Shown: piece by piece, positions 56,440-64,000 of the stretch | Layout: the number at the start of each line of letters is the position of its first letter | Numbering within the stretch: position 1 is the first letter of the stretch | Notes under the pieces: generated by a model | The model's input: only the letters and a program-made list of their open reading frames with translations | The model's database searches: none | Told to the model about the DNA's origin: nothing | From: Blastocystis sp. Blastoise | Taxonomy: Eukaryota > Protista > Bigyra: Opalinata | Direction of reading: 5' to 3' | Assembly: GCA_039096225.1 (NCBI GenBank) | Contig: JBBPEB010000027.1 | Location: 310,001 to 374,000, forward strand | DNA length: 64,000 nt | Program-made: the position numbers and the translations under genes

Positions 56440-58728
56440 TTAGACACCAGTATATACTTCAAAATCAATTAAATCAAATACATTTGGTATATCAGGTTTA
56501 TTAGTATTAACAAAGAAACTATTTCCTAATTTTGGATAAGGAGAAATATATACTGGATCTTCATCACATAAAAAATCTATTTTACCATTTATAAATCGAT
56601 CTTTATCAATTTGAGTACATAAATATATACCACAACAAAATGTTAGTTCTGAAGTAGAATCATTACTAATTAGTGCCATATTTGTATATTTACAATTAAT
56701 ATTTATTTTCGTATAATTATATCCAAGAACATTTGTTAATGAAAATAAGAAGGCTTTTGAATCTGTCCTAAATCCAGTACCTTCTATATATATAAATATG
56801 TATTAATTTAGTCAATATATACTTCTAAGTGGATTTATTTTATTTCTGTGATTTTTTCCCCAACCAACACTAGTATATCCTCCAAATATATACGATTGAC
56901 CATCATTTCCTTTTCCTTGTATAATTACTAATGATTCTTTTTCATCACATTTCTCATGCCATTTCTTTACACTTCTATTCTCATCAGAACATCTATATAT
57001 AATAATATTATTAAAAAAATAGAATATACCTATATAATAATTTCCATTTTTTATTCCCTTCAAACCATTTACTTAATTGTATACTCATTTCTTCAGTAAT
57101 AAGAATTGAATTTGGTAAATATAAATCAGGATTTGGTATTAATTCATATACTTCATAATCATCAACAAAAAACCAATTAGTCTCTTGTGGACCAGCTGTA
57201 TTCACAAATAAAGATCGGAATTGAGAAGTAAGACTATGAGAATATACACTAGTTTTTTCATTAATAAAACTATTTTTATTTTTATTCTTATTATCATAAT
57301 GACAATCATCAGATATACATATATCTAGAAAACAAGGGCCTATATTCTTATCACAATATAAGGCACTAGTTGGTTTTAGAACATCATATTTAGTAGGAGG
57401 AATATCATGTTCATTACTTAATGTAAATAAGAAAGACCCACAATCATATTTATGATCTATATAGTATTATACTATTATAAAATAATAACATATATATATA
57501 CAATTTTCACTTCTAGATTCCCAATATTGAGTAGTATATCCTCCAAATATATTAATCTTATTATCATGACCTATATGCTTAATAATTGTTACAGTAGGAT
57601 ATTTGTTATCACAATATTTATGGAATTCACTTGCTTTATATTCATGTTCACTTGCTCTATAGATATTAATATACATAAATAATAATAATATAAATACCTA
57701 AATAATAATTTCCATTTCTTTTCTTTACCTAACCAATTTATCAAGGATATTTCCATAGATTTACTAGTAAGTACTCGTGTATACGGGAAATAAAAATAAG
57801 GGATCATTCCTTCTTTTACCTTTTCCTTTCCTTTCTCACCAAATAATTTATATATTTCATTCTCTAATAATTCTCTGTTTATATTCTTTGTTTCTTCTTC
57901 AGATATATAAATACAATTATATTGAATGTATTCATATATATGATCAATATATTTATAATTTATATTCAAACACGTTTCGTTATTCTTTTCATCATAATCT
58001 ACGTATCCATAACAATATTCATTAACGATCTTATTCCATAATCCATTCTTCTTCAAATAATCTCTTAATATATCATCTTTCTTATCATTTATATATAGAA
58101 TAACATCATCATCTTCTTTAAATTGTTTCATAATATTATTATTTCTGTATATATATGGATACTTCACAAATTCTTCAGGAATAGGTAATTCACAATATCC
58201 AAACATTCTTAATAAATCAAGTTGATCACCCAAACTTAACCTATCAATATTCATTTTTTTATTCATTAAAGAATCAACCAATAAAGGAAAAAGTGTTTCA
58301 TCGCCATGATAATCTAAATAAATACTACCATCATTAGTTCTTTTTTCTTCTTGAGAATATTCATACAGAAGACTACCTACTAAACTATTTGTTATTCTTT
58401 TAGGAAGAGAATAAACCGGACCATAACTTGTAAATCGAATATAATCAATTCCATTATCATTATTATTCATAGTAGTATCATATTCATGAATATATGAAGA
58501 TTCTTGGATAATTATACTTGGATCATCACCATTCTTATCATTCATTGCTTCACAATTTCTTACGGATTGCTTTACTAATTCATTTATAGACTCACCTGAA
58601 TGAATACAGAAACTTATTGACTTACTTAAAATACCAATTAAATCACCAATCAGTCTTTCAAAATGAATCACATCCTTCTGAATATCGACCATCTTACTAG
58701 CATCAGATTCTACTTTCTCTTTCACCAT
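56440..58728 (-). CDS. BTB-like domain + two tandem TLDc domains
   Basis: DGSIYLDY BTB-like region; WKLLFRASEHEYKASEFHKYCD..IFGGYT..DYEVY and a second WKLLYRCS..WHEKCD..IFGGYT..DFEVY. Confidence 0.88.
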
Positions 58729-59129
58729 TCTTAACAATATAAGAAATAAAACAAAAATGAAAACTTTTTTGAGTTAAAATTATGAAACTTTATTCAATTA
58801 TAGCGTAAAATTAATAATAAACGTAAATAATTAATTTTAAACTTTTTTTTTTTATCAATTTACGATTATTTTAATTTAATGACTTTTATTTAATAATAAA
58901 TCATGATTTAAGTCCATTTTTCTATTTTATTTTTGGTTTGCTTATTATTCAATTAATTTACATTCACCACAATGATTATTCTATTAAATTATTTCAAAAC
59001 TGTGTGATCTATAAGAATTCAATTAAAAAAACTTAAAATAATCAACTGATTGCCATTCTTTATTCAATTAGCTTTAGTAACAAATCTATTCTCTGTAAAT
59101 TATTAATTAAAATATTCTGAATACTATTA

Positions 59130-59640
59130 ATTAATATACATTACTTCTAAATACCTTCATTTATTTACATTTTGGTTATAAATCTTCTTTATATGATATA
59201 TTTTAACTTCAAATCATGTTCAAAATTATTCAAATCTTTATAATCCACCTGAATCACTGATCTAAATTATAATTATAGTATTTCCTTTAATTATCATTCC
59301 AATTCTATCCCAAATTTGATATTTTATATATCTTTTATATTTATAATAAACCTCTTTATTCATTCAATATTAATTTATTTCCTATAATTTCAATATCCTT
59401 CTATTTATTTCAAAAAATCATTATCTTCTTCTATTTACGTCTTTTAAGAATTCTTCACACAAAATATTTTTTACTCCTTATAATCATTATGTAAATGAAT
59501 CAATTATCTGCATCCAAACATTTATTATCTATTATTTTTATATTATTTTCAACAACACATTATTCTCAATGATATTTAGCTTATATTTATCATCATCATT
59601 AATAGATTCAATATAAAATCATAACTTATACTATTTCATT
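59130..59640 (-). pseudogene. Possible degraded coding remnants
   Basis: Purine-rich minus strand with short codon-like stretches (e.g. WDRIGMIIKG, DLNNFEHDLKLKY) interrupted by stops; no family recognised. Confidence 0.25.
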
Positions 59641-60480
59641 TTCTTATTCATAAATATCAATTATAAAATAATTAATATTATATTGTTTAATATGTAAATG
59701 AATCTAATTCAGATACTCACAGTTTACATATACATTTTTATATCTTCATTTTAATGAATAAAAACTATTTATATATATAAAGTATATTTATTTTATTCAG
59801 TAGTTACGAAAACATATATAATTCTATTAGATTGGATACATATGGTTAACAAATTATATCATTCATTTTTATATTATCTAATTATATATATGATAACAAC
59901 TACTTGTTATTCTATATAAAATATAAAAATACAAATAAACAGTCCTTTTTTTAAAAAACATATTTTCTTTTTTATTCTTTTTCCTTATCTTAAACTTCTT
60001 TTATAAAACCTTAAACAAACTTATAGAACAGCATAATAAATTAATTGATAATTATTTTTCAAGCTATAATAATTTTTAGTTCATATAGTATATTTATAAG
60101 ATTTGTAAATAAAAATAATTTATTTTTTATATATTATATATATATTCAACTTTTGTTAAACTTTTTTATCTATTTATACTTCATGATATTATTGTAAAAA
60201 AAAAAATCTTTAGAAACACTTATTATCCTAAATTAATACATAATAAACAAAAAAACAGAAAATTCTTAATAAACAATAAAAATACAATATAAAACAATAT
60301 AGACTACGTAAAACATCAATTTACATATATATTAACTGCTATTTTTCTATTATTTTCCAATTAAACAGCAGTTATAGTAAGATATAATTTATAGAAACGT
60401 TAATAATCATTAAAAAAGTGATAATAAATTGATATATGAAAAGAAAAACACAAATATAAATAAAAATTTACTATATTTTA

Positions 60481-60562
60481 TAGAGACTTACAAAAACCCG
60501 CGAAAATCTTTCATGGGTTTAAAACCCGTGAAAGAATTTCAAGGGCTGTTTGTAAGTCTCTA
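60481..60562. mobile_element. 82-bp hAT-like MITE with 14-bp TIRs and 8-bp target-site duplication
   Basis: TIRs TAGAGACTTACAAA (60481-60494) and TTTGTAAGTCTCTA (60549-60562); ATATTTTA at 60473-60480 and 60563-60570; interior also palindromic. Confidence 0.8.
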
Positions 60563-63500
60563 ATATTTTATCAAATTTAAAGCATACATGGTTCTCTTGA
60601 ACAAATAACGAATTCTCCAATTGTTTTTTATAATTATTAATTTGTTTATAAATACGACGATCTATAGAATTATGTATTAATATTATTTATTATCTATATA
60701 CTGATTTTAAAATAGAATTCCCTCAATTCTGGTATTTTTCCACTAGTAATAAAGTTGATCAGTTTTGATAGGTGTTCTTCATCATAAATACCTATAAGAA
60801 AATTATAAAAAATATATATAATATTTGTATACATATTCTTAAATATTTTAATTTTTGAGTTTTGTTTTCATTTATACAATCAAATAACGTTTCTATCTCA
60901 TATTTACTTATTGTTTCATCTAAATAAGTGTAATACTTTTATATAATATATATATACCTTTTGTACCAATAATTGTATTCATAAATGAATTACTATTATA
61001 TTTACATCGAAGAATAGAATTATTAGGATCATAAAGCAAATATTTATCATAATATTCAAAAAATTCTATAGAATAACGATATAAATGAATATGAATAGAA
61101 TCATTATTTATGACATACTACCTAATTGGACAATACTTGAGGAAGGAAAGTTACTATTATTCATATATCTACAAATTGCTTTAATAAAAGAAATCCAAAA
61201 TTCATCATCATCTTTATCTATATATATATAATATTTAATATAAATAATCATTATATAAAAATACATTTTTACATAAATATACATTATTTATAATACAAAA
61301 TATTATTATTATTATATATACAAATCTTGATATATTTTAATTGAGGGAAATTATCTGTAGTATATAGTTTACAAAAATTATCATCTGGTATGTCCTTAAT
61401 ATCTAAAGTAACATTTATAAAAAAAATAGGATGTGATACCTAATATACTATTATTAAAACATTATATGTATTAAATATATATACCTAGATTTAATTCAGT
61501 TGTATTATGGAAACAACCTTTAGGTATTAATCGATTTATAAAAGTCATAGTACAATCTAGAATAATAGTGAATATTTATTAAATAAAATGTCAATACACA
61601 TAATAATAATTATATATATATATGTATAATTACAGTCTATATTAACAATTGAAGCCTTAGGAATTAATTTCTCCATAATATTTTCATATGCAGTTAAATA
61701 TTCAGAAGATGAGTCTTCTTTAATATGTACTATATAATATATATATGTTTTACAATATAATATACAGTTAATTTTTAATTCATGAATACTATTAAGTTTA
61801 TTGTCATTAAATAGAGTTGATATCCATGTTAAATATTCTATACTTATATTCTCAACAACTATAAATAGTATACAAAAAAATAATACTATATTTAATAAAA
61901 GAATATACATGTAACAGTTAACTTATTTAAATGTTCTAATATACTACTCTTTAAAAAAATTTCTAATGAGTTTCTGACATGAAATGCATCATAATAATTA
62001 TCTGTAGATAAATAAAAAAATATTATTAATATATAAACAATATATCTATTATATATTAATAAATACCTTTAAAAATTATATTTAAACTATTAATATTTTG
62101 GTTATAATTCTCAATATAATTCAACTTTTTGATGTTTTCAAAATATGTAGTATTAACTTTATAATACATAAGTTATATAATATGTAGATAATAATATATT
62201 TAAAAATAAAAAATAGTATATACTATAAAGTGTATCAAAGGAAATAAGATTCTTCTCTAATAATTCTTTTAAATGTGGAAAATAATAAATACAGTCATCT
62301 ATATAACAAACAGTTAAATATAATAAATTAAATTAGTTTTTTTTAATGCCATAAATTTATAAATATAGAATACATAAATATATATACCAATTTTATCAAT
62401 ATGGATTGAATGAGTATAAACAATATTATCTAAAAGAGAAACTATTTTCTGTTGTAAATAGTAATGTATTTTGTGTATACGAATAGTATCAATTAGAGAC
62501 ATAATATTTATAGGAAACAAGGACGAAAAATCATCAAGGTCTATTATAAAAATATATTATATAACCATAAATATATAAATATACTTATTTCAATTGCATA
62601 ATTGATAATATGTAATTGTGGGAAACATTTTTTCTTTAGTAAAGATAATTGGTAAGATCCTATATATATATATATATATATAATACTTATTTAATTCTTA
62701 TATATACCATCATCATCATCATAGATGAGTTCAGTAACATTTGGAAACACATGAGTTGTCATTATTTTGTTAAATAGATTATCATAAACTTTGTTAGATA
62801 ATGTTTTAACTATTTTAAATAATAATATTATATATATTAATAACTAGAAATGATTACTGCATTTTACACTTAATGTTGTTAAAGAATCGAAAACACCTTC
62901 TTCAAATAATTTCATAATAATTATAGCGTCATTATGTAAGTAGTCGACTAAAACAATTTATTATATTTATTATATATTTATTTATTTACCTATATTAAAA
63001 ATGACTTTTGAAATAGACAAATAGGAACGAAAACATAATAATTGAGATATACCATGTTTAGTATATACTTTATTAATGCTATTATATATATATAGTATAA
63101 ATGGATAATATAAAAAAATAGAATATTTACGAGAATATTTTATCATTTGTTTTATCTATATATAATAATAATAAAATAAATGAATTTATAGTATATATTT
63201 ACCATCATATTCAATACTGACTATATCATATAATGTATATTTATCTTCTGTCGTACTTATTTCAACATTCGAATAATCATTTGTATATATAGCTTCACTT
63301 ACTATATTCTTATATAATTTACGTAATTCATTGTATTGTCTTTTTTCATTATAGGTATTAATAAAATCCTCAGAATAATATAATTCATTAAGATCCATAG
63401 TAGAAATCTTATTATACTCATTCATATCAGACTCAGTGTAATACTCATATTTTTTTTGTTTATTTATTTCATAATCATAATCCTCAAATAAACGAGAATA

Positions 63501-64000
63501 CTTTTTTATATATTCATCACTATTTGGATTTAATAACAGTTCACTTTCCTTGTAATTTGTAGTTACTATATACATATATATATTAATTATATATGTATAT
63601 ACCAGTTATCTTTAATTCTTTTAATGAAGGGAATATATCTTTAATACACGATGGACATATATATTCTAATGGAATATCTAACGCATAATCATCTATATAT
63701 ATATTATTATTATTATTTTTTATATTATATATATATACATCTAATTTCAACTTTAGTAACATTCATCATTTTAAAAAGAAGAGAATAATATAATAATTCT
63801 TCTTTTCTTTTTGGTGTTATTAATCCTATATACACATTATTTGTAAACAATAAATTACTAATACCTTTTATATTTAATCTTGTATCTAAACTAAATAACT
63901 TCATAGGCATACATGACTCATAACGTGAATCATACATTTCACTTGCAGTAAAATTATTGTTTTCTAAATATTTATAGAATAATTCTTTAATATGAAACAA
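60519..64000 (-). CDS. Second BTB-like/LRR-like family paralogue; 5' end outside the window, C-terminus encoded by the MITE
   Basis: Exon-by-exon similarity to 49611-54011 (ELLYYSLLFKMMN, EYICPS, LLNPNSDEY, GCFHN); last exon reads into the MITE to TAA 60519-60521. Confidence 0.75.

Overview
Gene-dense, extremely AT-rich eukaryotic nuclear DNA with many short spliceosomal introns, usually GTATAT...ATATAG and often swollen by (TA)n/(TTA)n microsatellites. Most Ile/Tyr/Leu-rich entries in the ORF track are intron artefacts. The gene content and ~30-40 nt minimal introns suggest a Blastocystis-like gut stramenopile (inference, not searched). Manual splicing gives 23 protein genes and one tRNA-Thr(CGU): NUG1/GNL3 GTPase, an RRM-like protein, MAP65/Ase1, GH35 beta-galactosidase, CBM20-TPS-TPP, GlnRS, YqhD-like Fe-ADH, an intronless secreted Cys-rich protein, a 2H-phosphoesterase/C2H2 fusion, TMEM128-like, a SANT protein, a ubiquitin-like protein, a C2-like/LRR protein, an ADD + pre-SET + SET protein, four tandem selenoprotein-T-like genes, an S/T-P-rich protein, an SPPL protease, two BTB-like/LRR-like paralogues and a BTB + 2xTLDc protein. 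Highlights: (1) an ATRX/DNMT3-type ADD reader fused to an apparently catalytically dead, split SUV39-family SET domain; (2) a four-gene SelT-like array lacking the CxxU redox motif; (3) an 82-bp hAT-like MITE with an 8-bp TSD that landed in a stop codon and supplies a new C-terminus; (4) introns in conserved genes that only splice sensibly with non-canonical ends (TT-AG, GT-TG, possibly AT-AA). All family assignments are from motif recognition by eye.
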